Source of the DNA: Pirellulales bacterium
Lineage (GTDB): Bacteria > Planctomycetota > Planctomycetia > Pirellulales > UBA1268
Reading direction: 5' to 3'
Assembly (NCBI GenBank): GCA_044376405.1
Contig: JBILKZ010000005.1
Span: 1-55,035, forward strand
Length of the DNA: 55,035 nucleotides
Numbering within the stretch: the stretch's first letter is position 1; each line of letters starts with the position of its first letter. The position numbers were made by a program, and so were the translations under genes. Shown here in pieces: positions 27,622 through 36,394 of this stretch. The notes below the pieces were generated by a model. That model was given only the letters and a program-made list of their open reading frames with translations, made no database searches and was not told where the DNA came from.

Positions 27622-28206
27622 CGGCAGGAGCCGGGCCAGATCGATCTCGAGTCGGTTTCCGGCATCGGTGACGACGCCGGCACATGACAGCGGCTCATGT
27701 GGTTCGACGCTCGACGCTTCGGTGTAGCCGCCGCCGGTCGGATGGCGAAACACCTGCGTCCGACGCGACACAGCATCGATCACCCATGCCTCGGCAATGC
27801 CATGCCGCGCATAGAGCGGCACTTTGACACCGAGGTCGTAGGCGAGGCTCGTATCGGCCACCTCGACGACGAGGAGCACGTCGGTGGGTCCGGGGTGAGA
27901 TGTCATGTAGAAGTCTGCCCGGGGCCGCAGGATCGCGATGTCGGGCTCCGGCTCGTTGACATCGTCAAGCCGAATCGGGTTTTGACAGCGGATGAATACA
28001 GCGTCTCCAAGATGACGGCTGAAGTGCCGCGTGAGCGCGTCCACAATCGCGGCATGCAGGGCACCGATCGGCGACATGTCGATGATCTCCCCGTCGATGA
28101 GTTCCACCCGATCCGAGCGGCCGAGAATGCCGGCCTCGCCCATCTGATGAAAGTCGTGGACCGTCAGGGGGTGACGGGACGGAGTGACGCGTGGAATCGT
28201 GGCCAT
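27610..28206 (-). CDS. Uma2-family (DUF820) putative endonuclease
   Basis: Trimmed to ATG 28206 (MATIPRVTPSRHPLTVHDFHQMGEAGILGRSDRVELIDGEIIDMSPIGALHAAIV...PDIAILRP...LLVVEVADTSLAYDLGVKVPLYARHGIAEAWVID). This is the typical Uma2 pattern. Confidence 0.85.
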   Translation of the reverse strand: MATIPRVTPSRHPLTVHDFHQMGEAGILGRSDRVELIDGEIIDMSPIGALHAAIVDALTRHFSRHLGDAVFIRCQNPIRLDDVNEPEPDIAILRPRADFYMTSHPGPTDVLLVVEVADTSLAYDLGVKVPLYARHGIAEAWVIDAVSRRTQVFRHPTGGGYTEASSVEPHEPLSCAGVVTDAGNRLEIDLARLLPPVP

Positions 28207-28575
28207 ACGAACGAGACTTTCGGCGAGAGCAACTCGCTGGACTGTGCAAAAGTATAGCGACCAATGAAATGGCGTCAACAAAACCCACCAGACACCGTCA
28301 CGATCGGCCAGGTCGCTCACCGCGTGTCGGCGTCGGGCCCACGGGTGCGGCGTGACGCGTAGCGATTTGGATTCGATCGCCGACACAAAGCCGACACAAA
28401 ACAGTTGCCGCAGCCGTCAAACGCTCGAAGTCGAAAAAAATTCCAGGCCATCCGTAAGCACCGCAAGGCCCGAGGCTTATCTTGAAGTCAGTTCGGTCTT
28501 CACTCGTGCTTCAGGCCAGGTTTTCGGGGCGGGTTTCTCCTGCTGCCGGCACTGGCGTTTCGGAGGGGAAAACTC

Positions 28576-29634
28576 ATGACTATCCACGACCGACGCCGGT
28601 TCCGCGCGGCGTTTACGTTGGTCGAGCTTTTGGTTGTGATCGCGATCATCGGCACGCTGGTGGGGCTCCTCCTGCCGGCCGTTCAGGCGGCCAGGGAATC
28701 GGCACGGTCGAGTGTCTGCATGAACAATCTCAAGCAGTTGGGCCTGGCCGTACTCAACTACGAGGAGAGGAAACGATGTCTCCCCGCGCAGGGATCACCG
28801 CCAGAGATCGTCACGGCGAATTGGGCCAGGCAGTATTTCGGCTTCGTCATCCCGGTTCTCCCCGGTCTCGAGGATCAGGCGACCTACGACGCGATTCTCA
28901 AGGCAGCGAACACGGGTTCGAACGTCTGGCCGTGGGGTATTTCAGCCTGTACCACGAAGCGGATGGTGTCGCTCGAGTGTCCGTCCGACCCGAAGGCGAT
29001 CGCGCTCTCATTAGGCGGCAGCACTCCGACCAACTATTTTGCCAACATGGGTGATTACCTTGAGTTCGGCGGTGGCACATCCGCGAAGCGCGGCCCTTTC
29101 TGGCAGGGTAATAATTGTAGGCTCAAGGACATTACCGACGGCCTGGGCAAGACGCTCATGTGCGGGGAGGGCGTGACGGGAACAGCGGGTGGCAGTATTC
29201 GTGGCGGCGTCGCTCTGAGCGTCAGCGGTTGGCAATGGGACGCAAAGCCATCACTTTGCCTTGCCCGAGCCACAGGAGGACTCGTTGCCCCGTTTGTTTC
29301 AACGGCCAGCGAGGCCGCTGATTTTCAAGTCGGCATGAAATGGTATGCAACGGGCGACAAGGGCGTGTTTTCTTCTTTCTATCCGGTGATCGCTCCCAAC
29401 GGCCCCATCTGCTCGCGCGATTCGTGGTCCTCCGGCGCTGCCTATGTCACCGCCAGCAGTTACCACCCCGGAGGTGTGAACGTCGTCCTGTGCGACGGCG
29501 CGGTCCGCTTTATCAATGAAAACATCGATGCCGGTCTTCCCTCGGACAGCGGAAAGAATACCGGGGTTTCGGCACGCGGTGTGTGGGGCGCGATGGGGTC
29601 GATCAAGGGTGGAGAGGTCTTCAATGTGGACTAA
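28576..29634 (+). CDS. DUF1559 protein with prepilin-type N-terminal cleavage/methylation motif
   Basis: AFTLVELLVVIAIIGTLVGLLLPAVQAARESARSSVCMNNLKQLGLA at the N-terminus. H-X9-DG-type C-terminus SYHPGGVNVVLCDGAVRFINENID. GGAGGGG lies upstream of the ATG. Confidence 0.9.
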   Translation: MTIHDRRRFRAAFTLVELLVVIAIIGTLVGLLLPAVQAARESARSSVCMNNLKQLGLAVLNYEERKRCLPAQGSPPEIVTANWARQYFGFVIPVLPGLEDQATYDAILKAANTGSNVWPWGISACTTKRMVSLECPSDPKAIALSLGGSTPTNYFANMGDYLEFGGGTSAKRGPFWQGNNCRLKDITDGLGKTLMCGEGVTGTAGGSIRGGVALSVSGWQWDAKPSLCLARATGGLVAPFVSTASEAADFQVGMKWYATGDKGVFSSFYPVIAPNGPICSRDSWSSGAAYVTASSYHPGGVNVVLCDGAVRFINENIDAGLPSDSGKNTGVSARGVWGAMGSIKGGEVFNVD

Positions 29635-30157
29635 GCCCAGGATCGCCGGGATGGTGGCGGCGGGGAGCGTCGCTTTCCTGGTAGCCCTGCTCTGCGGGTG
29701 CGGGCGCCGTGGGCCCGACGTGCAGATGGTCCTGGGGAAAGCGACGCTCGACGGCCAGCCGCTGGCTGGCGCGACCGTCACGCTTGCACCGATCGATAAG
29801 AACACCGGCCTACCTGCCGTTGGTCAGACCCAAACAGACGGCTCGTTCAAGCTGACGGCCGTTCGCGGCGGGCCTCCGGAACGCGGCACGACGGTCGGCG
29901 ACTATGCCGTGACCTTCATCAAGGTCACCCACACGCGTCCCGGCGACGAGGGCCAGCCCGCACCTGCCCCCACCATCGGCCCGCTACCCGTATTTCGGCT
30001 GGTGCCTGAAGCCTACGAAAATACCGGCACGTCCGGTCTCACGGCCACGGTGAAGCGGGGCATGAACCAAGGGCCCGAATTCACGTTCGACCTGCGGAGC
30101 GATTTTCGCGGCGTATCCGCCGGGTCCGGTGCTGCTGCCGGCCGTGCAACTCCGTAA
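29624..30157 (+). CDS. Lipoprotein with carboxypeptidase-regulatory-like beta-sandwich (usual DUF1559 partner)
   Basis: Trimmed to ATG 29624 (MWTKPRIAGMVAAGSVAFLVALLCGCG, a lipobox). It overlaps the upstream gene by 11 nt. GKATLDGQPLAGATVTLAPID...TDGSFKL. Confidence 0.75.
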   Translation: MWTKPRIAGMVAAGSVAFLVALLCGCGRRGPDVQMVLGKATLDGQPLAGATVTLAPIDKNTGLPAVGQTQTDGSFKLTAVRGGPPERGTTVGDYAVTFIKVTHTRPGDEGQPAPAPTIGPLPVFRLVPEAYENTGTSGLTATVKRGMNQGPEFTFDLRSDFRGVSAGSGAAAGRATP

Positions 30158-30278
30158 GTGCGGCGGCTGTCGCGGCTTTACTCTTCAGGTGGATTCGCTC
30201 CGGGTGGACGAGGCCGCCCCACTCGCTCCGACGCCAGCCGGATGCGAAATCCCACCTTGGCATCCGTACCCCATCTCC

Positions 30279-30809
30279 ATGCCCACCCACGATCCTCTTC
30301 CCCGTGTCGAGTTCGTGGCGCGGCTGACGGCGGCGCAGTGGAGGCTCTACGGCTTCATCCGCGCGATGACGGGCGACCGTCATGCCACCGACGAGGTCTT
30401 GCAGGAGACGAACCTGGCGCTCTGGGAACAGGCGGATCGGTTCGTGCCCGGCACAAACTTCGAGGCTTGGGCCTGCAAGGTGGGCTGGTTCAAGGTGCTC
30501 GACCATCGCAAGGCGGGGCGTCGCCGCAAGCTCGAATTTTCCGACGAGCTCGTCGAGCGGCTGGCCATCGAGGCCACGGACGACGGCGATGCGTTCGAAC
30601 GGGAGCGGAAGGCGCTCGCGACCTGCATCGACGGCCTGCCCGAGCGGCACCGCGCCGTGCTCGCGATGCATTACGAGAGCGGGCTGTCGCTGGCTGATAT
30701 CGGAGCGACGCTCGACCGCAATCGCAACGCCGTCGCACAGCTTCTGCACCGCATCCGTGCCACGCTCCGCTCCTGCGTCGAGCGGCGGCTTGCCAAGGCC
30801 ACAACGTAG
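30279..30809 (+). CDS. ECF-type sigma-70 family RNA polymerase sigma factor
   Basis: Trimmed to ATG 30279. The region-2-like segment is DEVLQETNLALWEQADRFVPGTNFEAWACKVGWFKVLDHRK. The region-4-like segment is LPERHRAVLAMHYESGLSLADIGATLDRNRNAVAQLLHRIR. Confidence 0.88.
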   Translation: MPTHDPLPRVEFVARLTAAQWRLYGFIRAMTGDRHATDEVLQETNLALWEQADRFVPGTNFEAWACKVGWFKVLDHRKAGRRRKLEFSDELVERLAIEATDDGDAFERERKALATCIDGLPERHRAVLAMHYESGLSLADIGATLDRNRNAVAQLLHRIRATLRSCVERRLAKATT

Positions 30810-30819
30810 GAGACCCACC

Positions 30820-32406
30820 ATGCAGCCACAGGACCGCGCGGAATTCGAAAGGCTCATGCGCGATCTCATCGATGGTGCCCTCGCCAACGACGACGTGGCT
30901 CGGCTCGAGGCGATCCTGATGGCCGATCGCGGGGCTCGCGACGAGTATCGTCGCTGGATGCAGATGGAGGCGCTGCTCGAGTGCGGGCTGGCGGGAAGCC
31001 AGGCGAACCCGATCATCCGTGACGATCGCCTGCCTGCAGGCATCGATCCCCTCGCTCCGGTTCAAGGACGAGCTTCGGCCGGCTGGAGCCGTCTGGCGCC
31101 AGCAGCCTTGGCAACGCTGGCTCTGGGTCTGGCCGCGCTGAGTGTTGCGGCGTTTCTCTTTCGCCGCGAACCCAGCGGCACGGTCGCGACGGTGACTGCG
31201 GCGACCGACGCCCGGCTCGTCGATCCGCGGACCGGCAGAGCGATCGAGACCCGGGAGGGAACCACGCTTCCCTCCGGGCCGCTGCGGCTTGACCGGGGCG
31301 CTGTCCAGCTTACGTTCCGCGACGGCGCCATCGTGACCATGAACGCACCCGCCGAGGTCGAGCTGGTCAACGACAGCCGGGTGTTCCTCCGCCGGGGGAG
31401 GCTCGTGCCGCTCGTGCCGCCGCAGGCGCGGGGATTCACCGTGCTCTCGCCGGGTGGTGAGATCGTCGATCTGGGAACGGAGTTCTCGGTGAACGTCGAT
31501 GCCTCCGGGGCAGCGGACATTGACGTGATCGACGGCGAGGTGGTGGTGGCCGAAGGCACGGCGGTCGATTCCATCAGGCGGCATCTCACGCTCGGAAACT
31601 CGGCCAGCCTGCAGACCGGGGCCGCTGGGCCGGCCACACGACTGACCGGTGTGCCGCTCGTGATCGACCACTTCGACGCCGCCGACGGCCTCGATCTGAA
31701 CGCGGGCCTCGCCGACAGGCAGTCGGGCATCTTCGGCCCGATCCCGTGGCTCTCGCTCGAACAGGACGCGCCGGCGCGGATCGGCAAACGGGCGCTCGAG
31801 ATCCCGTTCGAATCGCCGCCAGGGCGGCGGCGCACAATGACCCGCGCGGTGATCGACCGCGTCTTCCGGGAGGTAGTCGGCCGTCGGTGGATGGTGTCGT
31901 TCAAGGCCTGGCTGCCGCCGAGGAAGACGACGCCGGCGAACCACTGGGTGGGCCTCGTCGTGTCGTGCGGCGACGAGCCCCGCAAGCTGCCATTCGGCTG
32001 GGACGAACAGGCCGCCGTCACGATCATGCTCTCCGACGAGTGGCAGGCGGGCATCGAGTTCTATGGCGAAGCCGATCCGGAGCCGGGGCCGTCGCTCGAC
32101 GTCTTCCCACGGTCGGACGCCGGTACCGGCCCCTACCAGGTGGTGCTCGTGGTCGATGAGAAGGCCGCAGGCGATGCGCTGCTCGACGTGATCGTCAACG
32201 GCCGGGAACTGCTACGGCGGTTTCCAATGGCGCTCGACCGTAGCCGTGGCCGGATCCTCGGCTTCCACACCTGGACCCAAGCCAATTCCGGAGCCCACTC
32301 CCACGCCAGGATCGATGATTTCTGCCTGAGCGCTGACGTCCCCGAATCCGAGCCTCCGGCAGCCGAGGCTGGCGGCGCTCGCGAGAAGGAGACAGCCCCC
32401 GAATGA
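30820..32406 (+). CDS. Anti-sigma factor, FecR-domain protein with ~250-aa unassigned C-terminal domain
   Basis: Trimmed to ATG 30820 (GGAG 8 nt upstream). It has an N-terminal helical anti-sigma segment and one TM (LAPAALATLALGLAALSVAAFLF). A FecR-like segment is present (FTVLSPGGEIVDLGTEFSVNV). The stop overlaps the next start in ATGA. Confidence 0.8.
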   Translation: MQPQDRAEFERLMRDLIDGALANDDVARLEAILMADRGARDEYRRWMQMEALLECGLAGSQANPIIRDDRLPAGIDPLAPVQGRASAGWSRLAPAALATLALGLAALSVAAFLFRREPSGTVATVTAATDARLVDPRTGRAIETREGTTLPSGPLRLDRGAVQLTFRDGAIVTMNAPAEVELVNDSRVFLRRGRLVPLVPPQARGFTVLSPGGEIVDLGTEFSVNVDASGAADIDVIDGEVVVAEGTAVDSIRRHLTLGNSASLQTGAAGPATRLTGVPLVIDHFDAADGLDLNAGLADRQSGIFGPIPWLSLEQDAPARIGKRALEIPFESPPGRRRTMTRAVIDRVFREVVGRRWMVSFKAWLPPRKTTPANHWVGLVVSCGDEPRKLPFGWDEQAAVTIMLSDEWQAGIEFYGEADPEPGPSLDVFPRSDAGTGPYQVVLVVDEKAAGDALLDVIVNGRELLRRFPMALDRSRGRILGFHTWTQANSGAHSHARIDDFCLSADVPESEPPAAEAGGAREKETAPE

Positions 32407-35030
32407 TCGGCATGTCATCCATGATCAGTCGGTGGCAGCCGCGGGGGATCGCAGGCCTCGTGGGTGTGGCCTGCTGGGTAGCACCGCAGGCGGCGCCGGC
32501 CGAGGGCATTCCGTCCACCGGATTCCTGGCGAACCACTGCGTCCGCTGCCACGCCGCGGACGAGCCCGGCGGTGGCATCCGGCTCGACACGCTGCCCGCC
32601 TCCGCAGCCCTGAGTACCGCAGCGGCCGAACGCTGGCAGCAGGTGCTCAACGTCCTGAACTCCGGCGAGATGCCGCCGGACGGCGAGCCGCAGCCGCTCG
32701 ACGCTGAGAAACTCGCCTTCCTCGACTGGCTTTCGGCGGAGATGGTAACCGCTCGGAAGAAGCTCGCCGACGCCGGTGGCCGCCACGTGATGAGGCGACT
32801 CAACCGCCGGGAATACACAGCCACGATACGGGATCTTCTCGGAGTCGAGGTCGACGCCGAGAGCCTGCCCAGTGACGCCGGCAGCGGCGGGTTCGACACG
32901 GTCGGCTCATCGCTCTATCTGTCGAGCGACCAGATCGGCCGCTACCTCGCGATCGCCCGTCAGGCACTCCGCGATGCCACGAGGATCGGCGAACGGCCGG
33001 AAGCGAAGAGACAGCGGATCGAGCCCGAGAGCCGCGAGATGAATCGCTGGCAGCATGGCGCATCCGAAGCCCAGAAGGCCCACGAACTGGCCGCGGCCGA
33101 GCGGTATGCCGCGTGGAAAGCCAGCCCGGAGCGGTCGATCAAGGAGTTCGGGTTTCCTCACGAGACCGAGGCTCTCTTTCGGGTCTACTGCTGGCAATGC
33201 GCGGCGCCGTTCTCGTATTACATCGAGCAGCCGCTGTCGCGGTCCGGGGCATATCTCTTCAACGCACGGCACGACCGTGACGAGGTGGCGATCACGATTC
33301 CCGACACCGCGGCCCCAGGCCGCTACATGCTGCGGTTCCGGGCCGGCCACGTGCCCGGCGTGCCCCGTGACCGCCAGTTCGTCGACATCCTCGGCGGCTC
33401 GAAGCAGCGGATCGGGATGCGGCGGATCGTCACCAGGCGGATCGCTGCAGAGATCGACACCGCCGAGATCGTCGAACTGCCGATCACGCTCGATCCTGAA
33501 TCGGACCATGAGTTTCACGTCGTCGAAAGCAGGAACCACCGCATCGAGAACTACCCGGACTTTGTGTTGGGTGAGTTCTTAAAGCCCGATCTCACGCCAG
33601 GGGATCCCCGCCATGCGACCGTAAGCCTCTGGCTCGACTGGATCGAATGGGAGGGGCCGCTCGTGCCGCAGTGGCCCCCGGCCTCGTACGCTCGCGTCTT
33701 TCCTCGCGGGCCGGACGAGCCGCCGACCGCCGACTACGCCCGCGAGATCATCGGCTCTTTCGTGCGGCGGGCGTTCCGCGGCCGCGAGCCCGACCCCGAG
33801 TTTCTCGACAAGATCGTGAAGCTGCAGGAGCGGCATGCCGCCGGAAAATCCTTCACCGACTCGATCGTTGAATCGCTCGCCGTCGTGCTGGCATCGCCGA
33901 GCTTTCTCTATCTCACCGAGCCGCTGCCAGCCGGTGTGGAGCCTGATCGCTCGTCGGAGCGGCAGGCAAAAGAAACGGCCAAGCGGCAGCTCACCGATCA
34001 GGAGTTCGCGGTCAGGCTCTCCTATTTTCTGTGGGGTAGTCCGCCGGACGACCGGCTCCTCGCGCGGGCCGCCAGCGATGACCTGCGGAAGCCCGACGTC
34101 CTCGCGGCCGAGGTGAACAGGCTGCTCGACGACCCGCGGTCGCGAGGCCTCGTCGACGGCTTCGTGCCGCAGTGGCTCCACCTTGAACGACTCGACTTCT
34201 TCCAATTCGACGTGGGCCTCCACGAGAGGTTCAACGAGGGAGTGAAGGCGTCGGCTCGGGAGCAGATCCTCGCCACGGTGCATTGGCTGCTCGACGAAAA
34301 CATGCCCGTCCGCCACCTGCTCGACAGCCGCGAGGCGGTGGTCGATGACCGGATGGCTGTCTACTACGGTATTCCTGACGACGTGCTCGCCGCCGGTTCC
34401 CTGTGTCGCGATCCTGAATGGCGACGGGTGACGCTTCCCGAGGGCTCGCCCCGAGGCGGGCTCCTCGGCACAGCCGGCGTGCTGGCGATGGGATCCAATG
34501 GCAAGCGGACGAGCCCGGTGGAGCGGGGCGCGTTCATCCTGCGGATCCTGCTCGATGAGCCGCCGCCGCCGGCCCCGGCCAACGTGCCGATGCTCTCCCG
34601 GCTCGACGGCAAGCCGATGTCGGCCCGCGAGCGACTCACGATCCACATGGATCAGTCCCAGTGCGGCTACTGCCACAAGAAGATCGACCCGCCGGGCTTC
34701 GCGCTGGAGCACTTCGACGCCGCCGGCATGTGGCGGGACGAGGAGCTCGACCCCACGGGCCGGAAGTGGCCGATCGACACGGCCGGGACGCTCGCCGATG
34801 GTACCGCCTTCGCCGATGCGACGGAGCTCAAACACGTGCTCGTTGCACGGTCGGGCCAGTTCGTCCGCGGGCTCACGGAGGCCCTGCTCGAATACGGCAT
34901 GGGCCGAAAGGTCGGGTTTTCCGACGAGACGACGGTCGCGGAGATCGCGGACCAGTGCCGACGCGACGACGACCGTCTGCGGACGCTCATCCACGCGATC
35001 GTCGCGCACCCCGTTTTTGGATCGAAGTGA
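32403..35030 (+). CDS. DUF1587/DUF1592/DUF1595/DUF1588/DUF1585-family heme-motif protein
   Basis: CVRCHAADEPGGGIRLD, VLNVLNSGEMPP, RRLNRREYTATIRDLLGV, RGAFILRILLDEPPPPAPANVP and CGYCHKKIDPPGFALEHFDAAGMWRDEE match the multi-DUF architecture by eye. Confidence 0.88.
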   Translation: MIGMSSMISRWQPRGIAGLVGVACWVAPQAAPAEGIPSTGFLANHCVRCHAADEPGGGIRLDTLPASAALSTAAAERWQQVLNVLNSGEMPPDGEPQPLDAEKLAFLDWLSAEMVTARKKLADAGGRHVMRRLNRREYTATIRDLLGVEVDAESLPSDAGSGGFDTVGSSLYLSSDQIGRYLAIARQALRDATRIGERPEAKRQRIEPESREMNRWQHGASEAQKAHELAAAERYAAWKASPERSIKEFGFPHETEALFRVYCWQCAAPFSYYIEQPLSRSGAYLFNARHDRDEVAITIPDTAAPGRYMLRFRAGHVPGVPRDRQFVDILGGSKQRIGMRRIVTRRIAAEIDTAEIVELPITLDPESDHEFHVVESRNHRIENYPDFVLGEFLKPDLTPGDPRHATVSLWLDWIEWEGPLVPQWPPASYARVFPRGPDEPPTADYAREIIGSFVRRAFRGREPDPEFLDKIVKLQERHAAGKSFTDSIVESLAVVLASPSFLYLTEPLPAGVEPDRSSERQAKETAKRQLTDQEFAVRLSYFLWGSPPDDRLLARAASDDLRKPDVLAAEVNRLLDDPRSRGLVDGFVPQWLHLERLDFFQFDVGLHERFNEGVKASAREQILATVHWLLDENMPVRHLLDSREAVVDDRMAVYYGIPDDVLAAGSLCRDPEWRRVTLPEGSPRGGLLGTAGVLAMGSNGKRTSPVERGAFILRILLDEPPPPAPANVPMLSRLDGKPMSARERLTIHMDQSQCGYCHKKIDPPGFALEHFDAAGMWRDEELDPTGRKWPIDTAGTLADGTAFADATELKHVLVARSGQFVRGLTEALLEYGMGRKVGFSDETTVAEIADQCRRDDDRLRTLIHAIVAHPVFGSK

Positions 35031-35069
35031 CGATCGTTCCCCGCACGGCGACAACCAGGAGAAGCCATC

Positions 35070-36368
35070 ATGCACCGCCCGTTCGCCTATGACCGCCGCC
35101 GATTCCTCAAGGCCGGTGGTACCGTGCTGGCCTTGCCGGCATTCACGTCGCTTCTGCCGCGGGCGGCCGCCTCCGCGGCGGTGGCCACCCCGCGTCCCAA
35201 GCGGCTCGTATTCCTCGCCTTCGGCTGGGGCTGCACGTTCGAATCGTGGGGGCCGGCGGTGGACGACGTGGGCCCCGGGTACAAGCTCCCGCCGGGTCTC
35301 GCGGCGCTCACACGTCACAAGGCCGACTTCACTGTCGTGCAAAACCTGACCAACCGTCGAAACGATGGCGGGCACTGGGGCAGCACGCTCTGGCTCACCA
35401 ACGCCGACCGCTATGCCGTGCCGGGCAGTTCGTTTTCCAATACCGTCTCCTGCGACCAGGTCGCCGCCGAGGTGCTCGGTGCCGACACGCGGTATGCGTC
35501 GATGCAACTCGGCTGCCAGAACGCGGAGGGAAGCGGCCACGGCCCCGGACTCTCCCTCGCATGGGACCGCCGCGGCAAGCCGATCGCCGGCTGGAATACG
35601 CCCTTCGACGCCTATGCGCGGCTCTTCGGGGACGACGGCGAATCGGCCGAGCAGAAACGGCAGTTGCTCGCCGACGAGCGGAGTGCGCTCGATGCCGTGC
35701 TCACCGACGCCAGGGCGCTCGACCGCCGGCTCGGCAGAGAGGATTCCGACAAGCTGGCCGAGTATCTCCAGGGAGTCCGCGACATCGAGACACGGCTCAC
35801 GAAGGAGGAGCGGTGGATCGGCGTCGAGAAGCCGAAGGGCGGGATCGAGCCGCCGTCGAAGAACGCATCCGGCGTCGACGAGATCAATCTGATGTACGAC
35901 CTGATGGTGGCCGCGCTGCGGACCGATCAGACCCGCGTGATCACCTATCGGCAGCCGGTCGAGAGCCTGCTCAAGAGCATCAACGCCGCCGTGGGCGCCC
36001 ACGACATGAGCCACTACGCGCCCGGCCCGCAGCAGGAAACGTCGGAGGCCCGCGACCGCAAGCAGTCGGAACTGCTCGCCGGCCTCTTCGACCGGATGAA
36101 GGCCGTGAAGGACGCCGACGGACGCACCCTCTTCGACGACACGATCCTTGTCTACGGCAGCAACCTCCGGCAGGTGCATTCGCTCGACAATTCGCCGACG
36201 CTCCTGGCGGGCGGCGGCGGCACGATCCGCCACTCGGGCCACCTCGTGCTGCCGCAGAAGAACACGCCGCTGGCGAACCTCTGGCTCACGCTGCTGCACC
36301 GCGTGGGCGTTGAGGCGGATTCATTCGCCGACTCGACCGGCGAAGTCGGCGAAATTCTGCCGGCGTGA
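35070..36368 (+). CDS. DUF1552 protein (Tat-signal partner of the DUF1592-family gene)
   Basis: MHRPFAYDRRRFLKAGGTVLALPAFTSLLP at the N-terminus. 432 aa, in the typical position downstream of the DUF1592-type gene. Confidence 0.85.
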   Translation: MHRPFAYDRRRFLKAGGTVLALPAFTSLLPRAAASAAVATPRPKRLVFLAFGWGCTFESWGPAVDDVGPGYKLPPGLAALTRHKADFTVVQNLTNRRNDGGHWGSTLWLTNADRYAVPGSSFSNTVSCDQVAAEVLGADTRYASMQLGCQNAEGSGHGPGLSLAWDRRGKPIAGWNTPFDAYARLFGDDGESAEQKRQLLADERSALDAVLTDARALDRRLGREDSDKLAEYLQGVRDIETRLTKEERWIGVEKPKGGIEPPSKNASGVDEINLMYDLMVAALRTDQTRVITYRQPVESLLKSINAAVGAHDMSHYAPGPQQETSEARDRKQSELLAGLFDRMKAVKDADGRTLFDDTILVYGSNLRQVHSLDNSPTLLAGGGGTIRHSGHLVLPQKNTPLANLWLTLLHRVGVEADSFADSTGEVGEILPA

Positions 36369-36394
36369 AACTTTAGCGGTTGGAGCCCTCGAGA

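Noticed and set aside
28207-28575. Possible toxin-antitoxin or restriction partner next to the Uma2-family gene (e.g. ORF 28352..28579 +)
   Set aside because: The only ORF there has an implausible composition and no motif, and it runs into the DUF1559 start. The region is more simply the divergent promoter region of the two flanking genes.
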